DNA from: Candidatus Bathyarchaeia archaeon
Lineage (GTDB): Archaea; Thermoproteota; Bathyarchaeia; Bathyarchaeales; Bathycorpusculaceae
Assembly: GCA_050015395.1 (NCBI GenBank)
Contig: JBEKBM010000012.1
Location: 19,498 to 83,497, forward strand
DNA: 64,000 nucleotides
Direction of reading: 5' to 3'
Shown: in pieces, positions 9,766 to 20,295 of the stretch
Numbering within the stretch: the stretch's first letter is position 1
How the letters are laid out: the number at the start of each line of letters is the position of its first letter
Made by a program: the position numbers and the translations under genes
Notes under the pieces: generated by a model
What the model saw: the letters and a program-made list of their open reading frames with translations, nothing else
The model's database searches: none
Told to the model about the DNA's origin: nothing

Positions 9766-12351
9766 TTGATGGCGGATAACCAAGAGCTTTTGTCTCTGCC
9801 TGTTGACGACGTTTTAGCTCAGCTGAAGACGTCCCAGTCTGGGCTGTCTTCGCAGGAAGTTCAGAGCCGCCTTGCAACGTACGGGCCGAACGAGCTGGCT
9901 GAGAAGCAGAAACGCACCGGACTCGTTGAGATTCTCTATCACTTGAGAAATCCGCTTGTGCTTATCCTTCTGATTGCGGCTTTGATCTCTGGGTTTGTGG
10001 GGTACGTAACGGACGCGGTTATAATTTTCTTTATTGTGCTTCTCAGCATTGTTCTTGATGTGTATCAAGAATCTAAGGCTCAGAACGCCGCCGAAGCGCT
10101 TAAAGAAAGAGTGACCACAAAAGCGACGGTTCTCAGAGACGGCGTTAAACAAGAAGTGAATCTTTCTGAAATCGTCCCGGGCGACATAGTGTATCTCATA
10201 GCGGGAGACCTTGTTCCCGCCGATTGTAGATTAATCAGCGCGAAGGACCTGAACCTTAACCAGTCAGCGTTAACGGGCGAAGCGTTTCCGGTTGAAAAGA
10301 ATGCTGCTCCACTTTCAACGGTGACGTCTGAGCTGACGGGCTGGAACAATTACGTTTTCTTGGGAACCTCGGTGGTTAGCGGAACTGGAACCGCAGTCGT
10401 GGCGAAGACTGGCAGCTTAACCGAGTACGGGGGAATCGCCAAAGAACTTGTGACTAAGGCGCCTGAAACAGAGTTTGAGAAGGGGCTTAGGCGGTTCGGA
10501 GCTTTAATGACTGAGGTCACGCTTTTCCTTGTGGTTTTCGTCTTTTTTGTGAACGCGTTTTTCTATGCGGGCTCCCGCAGCATTTTGCAGTCGCTGCTTT
10601 TCGCGGTGGCTCTTGCGGTGGGCTTGACGCCGGAGCTTTTGCCCATGATAATGTCCATTAACCTGTCCAGAGGCGCCGTAGCGATGTCAAAAAAGGGCGT
10701 TATCGTGAAACGGTTGGCCTCGATTCAGAACTTTGGCAATATGGACGTTTTATGCACGGATAAAACTGGCACGCTCACCGAGAACAAGCTTTCGCTAAAC
10801 GAGTACGAGGATTTGGAGGGAAAAGAAGCCCCGAAAGTGCTGATGTACGGTTACTTCAACAGCGTTTTTGACGCGGGACTGAAAAGCCCTCTGGACGACG
10901 CCATACTTCAATACAAGCAGTTCGACGTGAACGACGTCCAGAAAATTGACGAGGTGCCGTTTGACTTTATCAGGAGACGCATTTCGGTGGTGGTCGAGTA
11001 CGAAGGGCAAAGACTCTTAATCTCCAAAGGAGCCCCCGAAGAAATCCTCAAAATCTGCGCCTACTGCGAAACTGACGAAAACCTGACCGATTTGACAACT
11101 GTTTGCCAAGGCAAGTTTGAGCAGAAATACAACGACCTCAGCGCTCAGGGATACAGGGTTTTAGCGGTCGCGTACAAGAAAGTTAAAGACGACAAAACGC
11201 ACTACTCGATAGACGACGAAACCGACATGGTTTTTCTGGGGTTCCTGTCTTTTCTCGACCCGCCAAAAGAAAGCGCGAAGGAATCAATCCGTTTGCTGGA
11301 AAGAGACGGCGTGGAACTCAAAATAGTCACCGGCGACAATGAGCTAGTCACAAAAACAACCTGCGAACAATTGGGCTTCAACATAAAAGGAATCATTCTC
11401 GGAAACGACATTGCTCAGCTCCAAGACGATGCCCTAGCTCGGGTTGTGGAGGACAACAACATTTTTGCTCGTGTGAACCCAGCTCAAAAAGATAGAGTGA
11501 TCAGGGCTTTGCGGTCTAACGGGCATGTGGTGGGGTATATGGGCGACGGCATCAACGACGCTCCTTCCTTGAAAACGGCGGACGTTGGCATATCGGTGGA
11601 GAACGCTGTTGACGTCGCGAAGGAATCCGCCGATCTCATACTGCTACGGCCTGACTTGACTGTGCTTGATCAAGGGGTTTTGGAAGGCCGAAAAACCTTC
11701 GGCAACACCATGAAGTACATCATGATGGGTGTCAGCTCGAACTTCGGCACAATGTTCAGCGTTGCTGGAGCGTCTTTGTTCCTGAACTTTCTGCCTATGA
11801 CGGCTATTCAGATTCTCCTAAACAACCTCTTGTATGATCTTTCCGAAGCGACTATACCAACAGACAACGTAGACGAAGAGTACATTGAAAAACCGAAAAG
11901 ACTGGATATCTCGTACATAAGAAGGTTCATGGTGATCATGGGACCGGTAAGCTCTATTTTTGATTTTCTGATTTTCTTTTTAATGTTGGTAGTGTTCAAA
12001 GCGGCGGTTCCCGTTTTTCAAACCGCTTGGTTCGTGGAGTCTCTTGCAACGCAAACGCTTGTGGTTTTCGTGTTGAGAACCAGAAAAACGCCGTTTTACA
12101 AAAGCAAGCCTGGCAGATATTTGCTGATAAGCAGCTTGGCCGTCGTGGCGGTCGCGTTCGCACTGCCCTACACGCCGCTCGGTGCAGTATTCAATTTTTC
12201 GCCTCCCCCTGCAACGTTCTATCTAGCCCTTGCGGGCCTAATAGCTGCATACTTGCTTCTGGCTGAGGTTGTCAAGAAATGGTTCACAAAACGATACGCT
12301 TACCTCCTGGAACAAAGCTACGTGCCGAAAAAAACAAAACTTGCGAGCTAA
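9766..12351 (+). CDS. mgtA: Mg2+-translocating P-type ATPase
   Basis: AVGLTPELLPMI, DKTGTLT, PFDFIRRR, KGAPEE, GDGINDAP, SSNFG, WFVESL. Confidence 0.92.
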   Translation: MMADNQELLSLPVDDVLAQLKTSQSGLSSQEVQSRLATYGPNELAEKQKRTGLVEILYHLRNPLVLILLIAALISGFVGYVTDAVIIFFIVLLSIVLDVYQESKAQNAAEALKERVTTKATVLRDGVKQEVNLSEIVPGDIVYLIAGDLVPADCRLISAKDLNLNQSALTGEAFPVEKNAAPLSTVTSELTGWNNYVFLGTSVVSGTGTAVVAKTGSLTEYGGIAKELVTKAPETEFEKGLRRFGALMTEVTLFLVVFVFFVNAFFYAGSRSILQSLLFAVALAVGLTPELLPMIMSINLSRGAVAMSKKGVIVKRLASIQNFGNMDVLCTDKTGTLTENKLSLNEYEDLEGKEAPKVLMYGYFNSVFDAGLKSPLDDAILQYKQFDVNDVQKIDEVPFDFIRRRISVVVEYEGQRLLISKGAPEEILKICAYCETDENLTDLTTVCQGKFEQKYNDLSAQGYRVLAVAYKKVKDDKTHYSIDDETDMVFLGFLSFLDPPKESAKESIRLLERDGVELKIVTGDNELVTKTTCEQLGFNIKGIILGNDIAQLQDDALARVVEDNNIFARVNPAQKDRVIRALRSNGHVVGYMGDGINDAPSLKTADVGISVENAVDVAKESADLILLRPDLTVLDQGVLEGRKTFGNTMKYIMMGVSSNFGTMFSVAGASLFLNFLPMTAIQILLNNLLYDLSEATIPTDNVDEEYIEKPKRLDISYIRRFMVIMGPVSSIFDFLIFFLMLVVFKAAVPVFQTAWFVESLATQTLVVFVLRTRKTPFYKSKPGRYLLISSLAVVAVAFALPYTPLGAVFNFSPPPATFYLALAGLIAAYLLLAEVVKKWFTKRYAYLLEQSYVPKKTKLAS

Positions 12352-12676
12352 ACAACCAATTAGTTCGGATTGTCCCGCTTAAGACTGAATATCTTTAGTC
12401 CGCATTTTTTCAATCCAACCACGACTCAACTCAAAACTCTGAACAGTTTTGGCTGTTTTTCCAGTTTTTTCTAAGTCAATTAACAATTTTTTTCAGTTCG
12501 GGCCAGATACCCCATTTGCGGTCAAATCCCACAGGTCAGGCTTCGGTTTCGTTCCCTTTTTGTGCGGTCTCCAAAAAATACATAAATTTACTGGTTTCAA
12601 TATTAAAAAATTATAGAAAATCCCAAAAAATGCAGACTTTAAATTAGAAAAATCTAAAAATAAATGTTTAGGGAGT

Positions 12677-12910
12677 TTATTCTTCCATCATTATTAAAGT
12701 TAAAGTTGACCTAACTTGCTTGATTGTGCGAATTTTGTGTGTCACTGAATCCTTTAGCTCTTCCATAGTGTCTGCTTTGACTCGTATGACTAGATCGTAT
12801 ACGCCATAGGAAACGTAAGCTTCTTCGACGTTATTTATGTTCCTAAGCTGTTTTAGAACGTTATCTTCTGATCCCGACTCAACATTAAATAATACATACG
12901 CTCGTGGCAT
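12677..12910 (-). CDS. Stand-alone Lrp/AsnC ligand-binding (RAM) domain protein
   Basis: 77 aa, YGVYDLVIRV...IRTIKQVRSTLT; no HTH. Confidence 0.85.
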   Translation of the reverse strand: MPRAYVLFNVESGSEDNVLKQLRNINNVEEAYVSYGVYDLVIRVKADTMEELKDSVTHKIRTIKQVRSTLTLIMMEE

Positions 12911-12977
12911 TCTAACACCTCTTTTTAATAAATTACAAAGGTAATTAAATAGTTTGGCATAAAAACGGTTTTATTTT

Positions 12978-13060
12978 AACTGTTAAACAGTTCAAGTTGA
13001 CGCTGTGCCTAATAAAATATTTACATTAAATTCCCTAAGGAACACTTTTCACATGTGAAA
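12978..13060. promoter_or_regulatory. Two palindromes in the divergent promoter region upstream of the hydrogenase operon
   Basis: AACTGTT-A-AACAGTT (12978-12992) and TTTCACATGTGAAA (13047-13060). Confidence 0.4.
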
Positions 13061-13155
13061 GGAAAAAGAAATTTTAATTTTAAGAGCTTTTTCCACAAAC
13101 GTTAAATGTACCTTGGCATTCATTTTATCAAAATCTTCCCGGAGATCCTCAAAAC

Positions 13156-15075
13156 ATGAAAATCATATCAAAAGAAGATTTCCAGAGCTTTATAGATGCT
13201 TTAATAAAAGATGATTCTTTGAACGTTATTGGCGTTAAATCGCGAGGAAATAAATTTGCTTTTGCCCCTCTCGAGTCCGCTGAGGAATTGCGTCTGGACT
13301 ATGACGTAACTTTGCTGCCTCCGAAAAAATATTTCTTCCCTCAACGTGAAACATTATTTACCTATGACTTGTCAGATGGATTTTCGGCTAAAAATCCAGA
13401 GGAAATCAAGCCGATGGTAATTGTAGGTGTTCACCCTTATGACATTGTAGCCCTACTTCACATGGATGAAATATTCAGGGAAACGAAGTCCGATCCCTAT
13501 TATTTTAAGAAACGAGACGCAGCAATAATAATAGGCGTCAACATTCAAAAGATGTCAAAATGGAATTTTTCTTCCTTTATGGGCAGTGCGGCTATAGATT
13601 ACGGCTATGATCTTATGCTTACAGACTTGGGTAATAGATATGCAATAAACATTGGCTCTCAAAAAGGAGAAGACCTATTATCTAAATACGCAAAGAACGT
13701 CACACTCGCATTGGCACGCGACGTCCAGATTGCTGGGCAGAAAAAAAGAGAAGTAATGGGCATGTCTCAGCAAAAGTTTGACTTTCCGCCTGAACTTATT
13801 CCTGAACTGCTTAAGGACAGTTATGGAAAAAGTGGATTCTGGGAAAAGCATTCTGAAAAATGTCTAGCCTGCGGTTCATGCGTTCTAGTATGTCCAACAT
13901 GTTATTGTTTTGATGTTAAAGAAAACCTTGATCTTTCCCTAGAGCACGGTGAGAGGATCAGAACGTGGGATGGCTGCTTACTAGAAGATTTTGCGAAAAT
14001 TGCCTCAGGAGAAAACTTCCGTGCTACAAGACCTACAAGATACCGCCATCGATATTTCAAAAAAGGAAAGTATTTGTTCGATACTTTCGGTTTTATTTCT
14101 TGTGTTGGCTGTGGAAGATGCTCTTCAAATTGCCTCCCCGATATAGCGAATCCTGTTAACCTCTTCAACGACATGTATCATGAAAATAAAGACAGCGGAG
14201 AGCAAATGGCAACCATCGCTGCTCAGCCAGACGTTAACATTCAAACAGAAGGAGACATAGATTACGTACCAAAGCTAGCAACCATAATCAAGAAAGTACC
14301 GATGACTTCGATGGAAACACTGTTTGAAATCAAACTAGATGACGGATCAGAACTTAGTCACAAACCAGGCCAATTTGTAGAAGTCTCAGTCTTTGGAATA
14401 GGCGAGGCGCCAATATCCTTATCCTCCTCACCGACAAAGAAAGAAACGTTCGAAGTTTGCGTACGCAAGTTAGGAAATGTTACTACAAAATTACACAGGC
14501 TCAATGTGGGTGATAAAGTAGGAATCAGAGGTCCATTTGGTAATGGGTTTGATGTTGGCTCTCTAAAGGGCAAAGACCTCTTATTCATAGCAGGTGGTCT
14601 TGGAATAGCACCCCTCAGATCCCTAATCAATTATGTTCTTGACAACAGAAAAGACTTCGGTCGCGTCTATCTGCTATACGGATGTAAAGAACCAAAGGAA
14701 CTGCTTTTTAGCGATGAACTAGTCTCAATAGCGTCCAAAGAAAATGTTGAGTTCAAACCTACTGTAAACTGGTGTCCTGAAAATGAAGCTTGGAGCGGCA
14801 ACATAGGTGTAATCACAACGCTTATTCCTCAAGTCTCTTTTGATCCAGAGAAGACGCTAGCAATATTATGTGGTCCCCCAGTCATGTACAAATTTGTAAT
14901 TGCAGATCTTAAAAAACGAAATGTCCCAGATGATCACATAATCATGTCACTTGAAAGAAGAATGAAATGCGGTGTAGGAAAATGTGGTCACTGCCAAATT
15001 AACCAAATCTACGTCTGCAAAGACGGCCCTGTTTTCAATTATTCAAAAATAAAAGGTGTTCCGGAGGCTCTGTAA
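13156..15075 (+). CDS. Group 3b [NiFe] hydrogenase (sulfhydrogenase) fused beta + gamma subunit
   Basis: N-half CLACGSCVLVCPTCYC, RTWDGC, CVGCGRCSSNC (beta). C-half PGQF, EAPIS, IRGPFGNGF, GGLGIAP, CGPPVM, ERRMKCGVGKCGHC (FAD/NAD(P), gamma). Confidence 0.9.
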   Translation: MKIISKEDFQSFIDALIKDDSLNVIGVKSRGNKFAFAPLESAEELRLDYDVTLLPPKKYFFPQRETLFTYDLSDGFSAKNPEEIKPMVIVGVHPYDIVALLHMDEIFRETKSDPYYFKKRDAAIIIGVNIQKMSKWNFSSFMGSAAIDYGYDLMLTDLGNRYAINIGSQKGEDLLSKYAKNVTLALARDVQIAGQKKREVMGMSQQKFDFPPELIPELLKDSYGKSGFWEKHSEKCLACGSCVLVCPTCYCFDVKENLDLSLEHGERIRTWDGCLLEDFAKIASGENFRATRPTRYRHRYFKKGKYLFDTFGFISCVGCGRCSSNCLPDIANPVNLFNDMYHENKDSGEQMATIAAQPDVNIQTEGDIDYVPKLATIIKKVPMTSMETLFEIKLDDGSELSHKPGQFVEVSVFGIGEAPISLSSSPTKKETFEVCVRKLGNVTTKLHRLNVGDKVGIRGPFGNGFDVGSLKGKDLLFIAGGLGIAPLRSLINYVLDNRKDFGRVYLLYGCKEPKELLFSDELVSIASKENVEFKPTVNWCPENEAWSGNIGVITTLIPQVSFDPEKTLAILCGPPVMYKFVIADLKKRNVPDDHIIMSLERRMKCGVGKCGHCQINQIYVCKDGPVFNYSKIKGVPEAL

Positions 15076-15812
15076 TGAAACCCAAAGTTGCTTTCTTTGA
15101 TTTTGCAGGCTGTGAAGGAGACCAATTACAAGTAGCTAATCTCGAAGAAGACATTTTAGCTCTTCTTGGTCAAGTTGAAATTGTTAGCTTTAGAGAAGTC
15201 ATGAAAGAACACAGCGACAATTATGACATAGCTTTTGTTGAAGGCTCTTGCACTAGGCTACAAGACGAGGATCGACTAAAAACGATCAGAAAAAACGCTA
15301 AAACCGTAGTTGCTATAGGATCATGCGCGACAATCGGCGGAATCAACTCTCTTAGAAACTACAAAGATTTGGATAACGTCAAAAAAACTGTGTATGGCGA
15401 GAATGCGAGGCTCTTCGATAGTTACGCTGCAAGACCTGTAGATGCAGTAATTCCCGTAGATGCCTACGTTCATGGATGCCCAATAGACAAAGATGACTTC
15501 TTACAAGTTGTCAAATCACTTTTACTGGGAAAGAAGCCGGAAACTCCGACTTACCCAGTTTGTGTAGAATGCAAAAAAAACGAAAACGTATGTGCCTTTG
15601 AGCGAGGTCAATTTTGTGTCGGAACAGTAACAAGAGCTGGCTGCAACTCATGCTGTGTAAATGAGGGAACAATATGTTGGGGTTGCCGTGGCCTTGTAGA
15701 CAATCCAAATGAGAATTCCCACAAGGAAGTTTTGATAAAATATGGTCTCACAGTTGATGACGCAATTAGTAAGTTTAGATTGTATTTTGGTTGGCAGGAG
15801 GCAAAAAGATGA
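15075..15812 (+). CDS. hydD: Group 3b hydrogenase small (delta) subunit
   Basis: GCEGD, VEGS, GSCA, GCP, CVECK, CWGCRG. Confidence 0.88.
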   Translation: MKPKVAFFDFAGCEGDQLQVANLEEDILALLGQVEIVSFREVMKEHSDNYDIAFVEGSCTRLQDEDRLKTIRKNAKTVVAIGSCATIGGINSLRNYKDLDNVKKTVYGENARLFDSYAARPVDAVIPVDAYVHGCPIDKDDFLQVVKSLLLGKKPETPTYPVCVECKKNENVCAFERGQFCVGTVTRAGCNSCCVNEGTICWGCRGLVDNPNENSHKEVLIKYGLTVDDAISKFRLYFGWQEAKR

Positions 15813-17119
15813 AAGAATCAAATATTGACGTTGAAGTCCACCATATAACCAGAGTTGAAGGACACGGAAACATCAATGTGAATGTCAAAAATGGACTTAT
15901 AGAAAAATGTGAATGGAGCATTTCAGAAGCACCAAGGTTCTTTGAAGCCATGGTTGTAGGAAGATCATGGAATGAACTACACCACATTACCTCTCGAATA
16001 TGCGGCATATGCTCAATTGGCCATTCACTTGCTTCATTGAAAGCCACAGAATCAGCCTTAGGCATAACTATAAGTGAACAAGACCTAAAACTTAGAAAGC
16101 TAGCATTACACGCGGAAAATATGCAGAGTCACATTTTACATTTAGGTTTTCTTGTTCTGCCTGATTTGATGGGTGTAGGTTCGGTAATTCCTCTTGCGTC
16201 TACAAATCTTTCAGAGGTTAAGATAGTTCTTCAACTTCACAGAACCGCAAATGAGATGTCAAACTTGATCTGTGGAAGAACAACACATCCTCAAAGATTG
16301 ATACCAGGCGGTTTCTCCAAAATCCCGTCGATGAAAGAATTGATAGTGCTTAGAAAGAAACTGCAAGATTCTATTCCAAACCTTCTAGTCGTGGCGGAAT
16401 TATTTAAGAGCTTAGCAGGCAGATTACCTAACTTCAAAAGAGAAACAGAATTCATTTCTTTAACTGACCCAAGTGAATACGCACTCTATGACGGAAAAAT
16501 GGCTTCATCAGACACTGGTACTGCACCAGTAAAAGAATATCTTGCATACACAAACGAGTACATTATTCCGCAATCTACCGCTAAATGGGCAAAGCATACC
16601 CGTGAATCGTACATGGTAGGTGCTTTAGCCAGGCTAAACATCAATTACAAGAGATTATCCCCAATGGCTCAAAAAACAGCTGAGAAGTTCAATCTTCTAC
16701 CAATGTGCTATAATCCTTTCATGAATAGTATTGCTCAACTTGTCGAAGTAGTTCACAGCGTCGAAGATTCGATACGCCTAATAAACGAACTTGAAGCAAC
16801 AGGTCTACAACCTCAACCAGACTACAATAAACCAGAAGTCAAATTGAAGGCAGGCACCGGCGTTGGTGCAGTAGAGGCACCAAGAGGCATATTATTCCAT
16901 GATTACACCTACAACGAAAAGGGGATATGCACAAAAGCCAATTGTATAATCCCAACCAACCAAAACCACGGAAACATTCAGTTAGACATGAAATCTATTC
17001 TTCCGCAGATTATCGATAAACCGCAAAAAGAGATCGAGTTAACGCTGGAAATGTTAGTAAGAGCTTACGACCCATGCATTTCTTGCTCCACACACGTTGT
17101 AAAAGTCAACTTAACTTAG
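15809..17119 (+). CDS. hydA: Group 3b [NiFe] hydrogenase large (alpha) subunit
   Basis: TRVEGHG, L1 SRICGIC, L2 DPCISCSTH plus 7-aa C-terminal extension; ATGA overlap with delta stop and GGAGG RBS. Confidence 0.93.
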   Translation: MKESNIDVEVHHITRVEGHGNINVNVKNGLIEKCEWSISEAPRFFEAMVVGRSWNELHHITSRICGICSIGHSLASLKATESALGITISEQDLKLRKLALHAENMQSHILHLGFLVLPDLMGVGSVIPLASTNLSEVKIVLQLHRTANEMSNLICGRTTHPQRLIPGGFSKIPSMKELIVLRKKLQDSIPNLLVVAELFKSLAGRLPNFKRETEFISLTDPSEYALYDGKMASSDTGTAPVKEYLAYTNEYIIPQSTAKWAKHTRESYMVGALARLNINYKRLSPMAQKTAEKFNLLPMCYNPFMNSIAQLVEVVHSVEDSIRLINELEATGLQPQPDYNKPEVKLKAGTGVGAVEAPRGILFHDYTYNEKGICTKANCIIPTNQNHGNIQLDMKSILPQIIDKPQKEIELTLEMLVRAYDPCISCSTHVVKVNLT

Positions 17120-17204
17120 ACCGAACGAATCCTTCAGCAGCCAAATATTGACTCAGCCAAAATTCCGATGAGTATCCATCAATAAAGACGGAATTTGATA
17201 TATG

Positions 17205-17320
17205 GTAGTAAGATTAATTCTTGATTCGGGAAGAAAAATGGTGAATTTGCTATTAGGGTAAGCGACTCATGGCACGGGCTAGGATTAGGATCAAAACTTA
17301 TGGATTACATTATTGGTGTA
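17205..17320 (+). pseudogene. GNAT acetyltransferase fragment (resembles Pat/acyl-CoA ligase GNAT domain)
   Basis: Manual translation NGEFAIRVSDSWHGLGLGSKLMDYII contains the acetyl-CoA-binding xxGxG motif; frameshifted, no intact start. Confidence 0.6.
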
Positions 17321-17398
17321 TATTTAGCTCTTGTTTTTTCTTCTTTAGTGCTTTTTTTCTACATTAAAAAACAGCTTTTTCTATGTTGAAAAGCACCG

Positions 17399-17517
17399 TT
17401 CTGCATGCAAAGTGCGCGGTCTTCGTTCTATGCACATCTATGTTGAATCATATTTGAAGCCTATTAGGATCATCTAGTAGACCGGGAGGTAGGCTGTAGC
17501 GCACACACAAATCCCTA
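17399..17517 (+). repeat. ~120-bp dispersed repeat, copy 1
   Basis: Aligns along its length with the reverse complement of 20296-20415. Confidence 0.85.
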
Positions 17518-17551
17518 AGACAAAAACCAAGAACTAAATGCATACCAAATT

Positions 17552-17869
17552 CTAAATATTTAAGTCGTTTAAAAATTTCCAGAATTCTTCGATACACCTG
17601 ATAACTCTTATTTCTAAATAGTTAAAGCCGTAATTTGTGTCCTCATCAATTGGTTCTCTGAAAAAACCCACCGTATGAGGATAATTCTTTTCAAACTCCA
17701 CAACATCCACAATATCCATTAAACTAACTTTAGACTTTGCGTTTCCCCTCTTCCGATCTTTGAACACTACTGAATAGTAAAGGTATTTTCTTCCCTCATT
17801 TCCTGACGCGGGAAAACTGATTAACCAATCCATCTCTTGGAAATGAAAACTTTTCGTTTTTCTTTCCAA
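17552..17869 (-). CDS. Hypothetical protein
   Basis: 105-aa ORF, AT-rich, protein-like composition. Confidence 0.55.
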   Translation of the reverse strand: MERKTKSFHFQEMDWLISFPASGNEGRKYLYYSVVFKDRKRGNAKSKVSLMDIVDVVEFEKNYPHTVGFFREPIDEDTNYGFNYLEIRVIRCIEEFWKFLNDLNI

Positions 17870-18366
17870 TTTCCTAGCGCCTCAACTCAACACATTCAAC
17901 TACCAATGAGCAACACACCTATGTTAATACTTGCCGTCAAAATTAAAGTTCTGACCAGCAAAAATTTTTGACAAGTATTCGATTAATTTTCCTTTTACGG
18001 TTTTTTCTAAGCAAAGGTAAATTTAGGTTATTTGGTTCCGACCCATTTTGGTTTCAAATCCCACATCCCCCGTCATTTCACAAATTATATCTGCAATTAA
18101 AATTAAGAAATTATCACAAAACAAGCTGGTGAAACTTGTATACTTGTCACCGCACATAATTTTTTTGGTTTGTTCACATTTTTACTTAGCAACAGTTCGA
18201 TTTTAGTTAGCGATTGTGAACGATTGTTCAGCTCAGTGATGATAACCTATTAATTGTGCTAGTTACTTTATTTTTGGAAACATAGAAATATAGCAGGCTT
18301 ATAGGACGTAGCATTTACGGGTACAAATAAAAAATAAAAAAAGCGATTCGAACAAGCAGTCCTCTT

Positions 18367-18492
18367 TTGAAGGTAAAGTTCCTAGAGTTTCCGATTGTTG
18401 GGATTGACGCTTCTGCAGGCGGCTTAGAAGCGTTTAAGGTGTTGCTTGAGGGTTTGCCGGTTGAGGCGAACAATCAACTCCACAACTGCTGA
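18367..18492 (+). pseudogene. CheB methylesterase N-terminal fragment
   Basis: FPIVGIDASAGGLEAFKVLLEGLP matches the CheB GASAGGLEA catalytic-Ser motif; stops after 41 codons. Confidence 0.75.
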
Positions 18493-18518
18493 AGTCGCCG
18501 AAAGCGGACAAACAGGAA

Positions 18519-18946
18519 ATGAAGGGAAATGATTTAGAGTGCAAGAATTTGAAAGCCGTCTGGGATGATGACAAGAAAAAAGCAGAATTCGCAAAAGGCT
18601 TAGAATCAGCTGCCCGAGCAAGATTTGCGCGAGACGTACAGCACTTGCCCGAAGAAATTTTGAATAAGTGTAAGGAATACATAAAAGACCAGGCTAAAGA
18701 CCAGGTTCAAGAGTTAACTGAAGATGCTATAACAGCTTTCTTTGTCGCGGTTCCCGAGTTGGGGTTCTGACACATGTTTTTGTCGAGGTATCCAAGTACA
18801 TGACGAAGGATACTGAAGCTGAACCAAGCTTGTTTGAAAAGTTTGTGAACGACTACAACAGCGTTATTAACACACACGCCGAGGCGACTCGATTAGCTGA
18901 GTTAGCCGACTTCCGATATAACGAGTACAAAACGCATTGTCTGTAA
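18519..18946 (+). pseudogene. Hypothetical helical protein, probably frameshifted near 18765
   Basis: The 83-aa ORF continues in another frame as VLTHVFVEVSKYMTKDTEAEPSLFEKFVNDY... Confidence 0.35.
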
Positions 18947-19083
18947 TTGCCTAAAACACAGTTTATTTGCATTTCGTGTTTTTCATATCTTCTTTTTGTA
19001 TTTCTGTTGTACGTATGCCTTTTTTAACAATAAGTAATAATGTTTATTAAGACTTACGACAGCTTACCTTTTAGGAAAATATA

Positions 19084-19551
19084 TTGGCCATCAATAAAGC
19101 TGTCCTAATTTCTATAGTTATATTAGCGCTTACTGGAGTTGTGCTTGCGGTGTTGTCGTCAGGTTTGCTCGTGGCGCAGCAGTCTGTTTCAACTAGTGGT
19201 AATGTTGGGGGGAGCATTTTAAGTTCGGTTAATATTGGTGTCTTCAGCGATGTAGCTGCAACTTCTAATTGCTCGAGCATTGATTGGGGGAGCTTAAGTG
19301 CGGGCAGCACAGTAACCCAAACCGTTTACGTGAAGAATACTGGCAGCACACCTGAAACGCTGAGCATGGCCACTTCAGACTGGAACCCGTCATCAGCCAA
19401 TTCATCTTTGACTTTGACCTGGAACATGGAAGGCACCTCTTTACCCGCTGGTTTAGTTGTAGCGGCAACGCTTACGCTCACCGTAGCAGCAAATACGGGA
19501 AGTTTAACCAGTTTCAGCTTCAACATAGTGATATCAGGCTCCGCGCAATAG
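19084..19551 (+). CDS. Secreted/membrane-anchored small beta-rich protein
   Basis: Hydrophobic N-terminal signal; Ser/Thr-rich with SIDWG, VYVKNTG, WNP motifs. Confidence 0.75.
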   Translation: MAINKAVLISIVILALTGVVLAVLSSGLLVAQQSVSTSGNVGGSILSSVNIGVFSDVAATSNCSSIDWGSLSAGSTVTQTVYVKNTGSTPETLSMATSDWNPSSANSSLTLTWNMEGTSLPAGLVVAATLTLTVAANTGSLTSFSFNIVISGSAQ

Positions 19552-19755
19552 CAAGAAACATGCTTTACATCTATGCCAGGGTCAATTGATCTGAGCAAGC
19601 AGTTTTTTTATCTGAATTTTTGTTATTCCAGGTTGTGAATCGTTTTTTTTAGGTATTTTTGGATGCGAATTTTAACAAGTTGCTTGGAGTGTTTAGTGCC
19701 TTTAAGGGGCAGTGTATGGAAAACCTTATGTTTCGTTCTGGAGTAATCAATTAAG

Positions 19756-20235
19756 TTGTTCGAGGAGAAAGGTGTGAGTAGAGAAGGAGAGACGCGATTG
19801 CGGGTTACTAAGGATTCGCCTCCAGCTTTTACTGATGCTTCTCTTGAAAGACTCAAGGTGCAAAAGGAATTAGTTGAGAAGCTTAAGGTTCAATGGAAGC
19901 TTTTGTGGAGTGAACGCTTCAACGATAAGGTGAGAGCTGAAGGCGTTTCGGTAAGTGACTACGCATCCTTGCGCGTGGAGCGTGGCACCATTATTCATGC
20001 AACTAGGGATTTTAAGGCGTTAAATTTTAAGGAAATCCTTGAACAGCACCTTGTTGAAGGCTCTGACCGTTTTGTTCAGCCAGTTGTTGATGTAGGAGGC
20101 TGGAATAAATTCGTAAAAACCAAAATCACCAATCGCATCCCTCAGAGAGACAAGCATAATCTGCTGTATGTTCCTAAGAAGCGGGAAGTTCAACAGCCCA
20201 AGAAAGGCGGGCGCGGTTGGCTTCACGCAACCTAA
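19756..20235 (+). CDS. Hypothetical protein
   Basis: 159-aa ORF with protein-like composition. Confidence 0.65.
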   Translation: MFEEKGVSREGETRLRVTKDSPPAFTDASLERLKVQKELVEKLKVQWKLLWSERFNDKVRAEGVSVSDYASLRVERGTIIHATRDFKALNFKEILEQHLVEGSDRFVQPVVDVGGWNKFVKTKITNRIPQRDKHNLLYVPKKREVQQPKKGGRGWLHAT

Positions 20236-20295
20236 ACTTCGCTTATTATCAATTATTAAATTTGGTTCTGTTAACTTGTGAGATTTCGGCTTAGA

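Noticed and set aside
12978-13060. SurR or Rex operator before the hydrogenase
   Set aside because: The palindromes do not fit GTT-N3-AAC or TTGTGAA-N4-TTCACAA spacing
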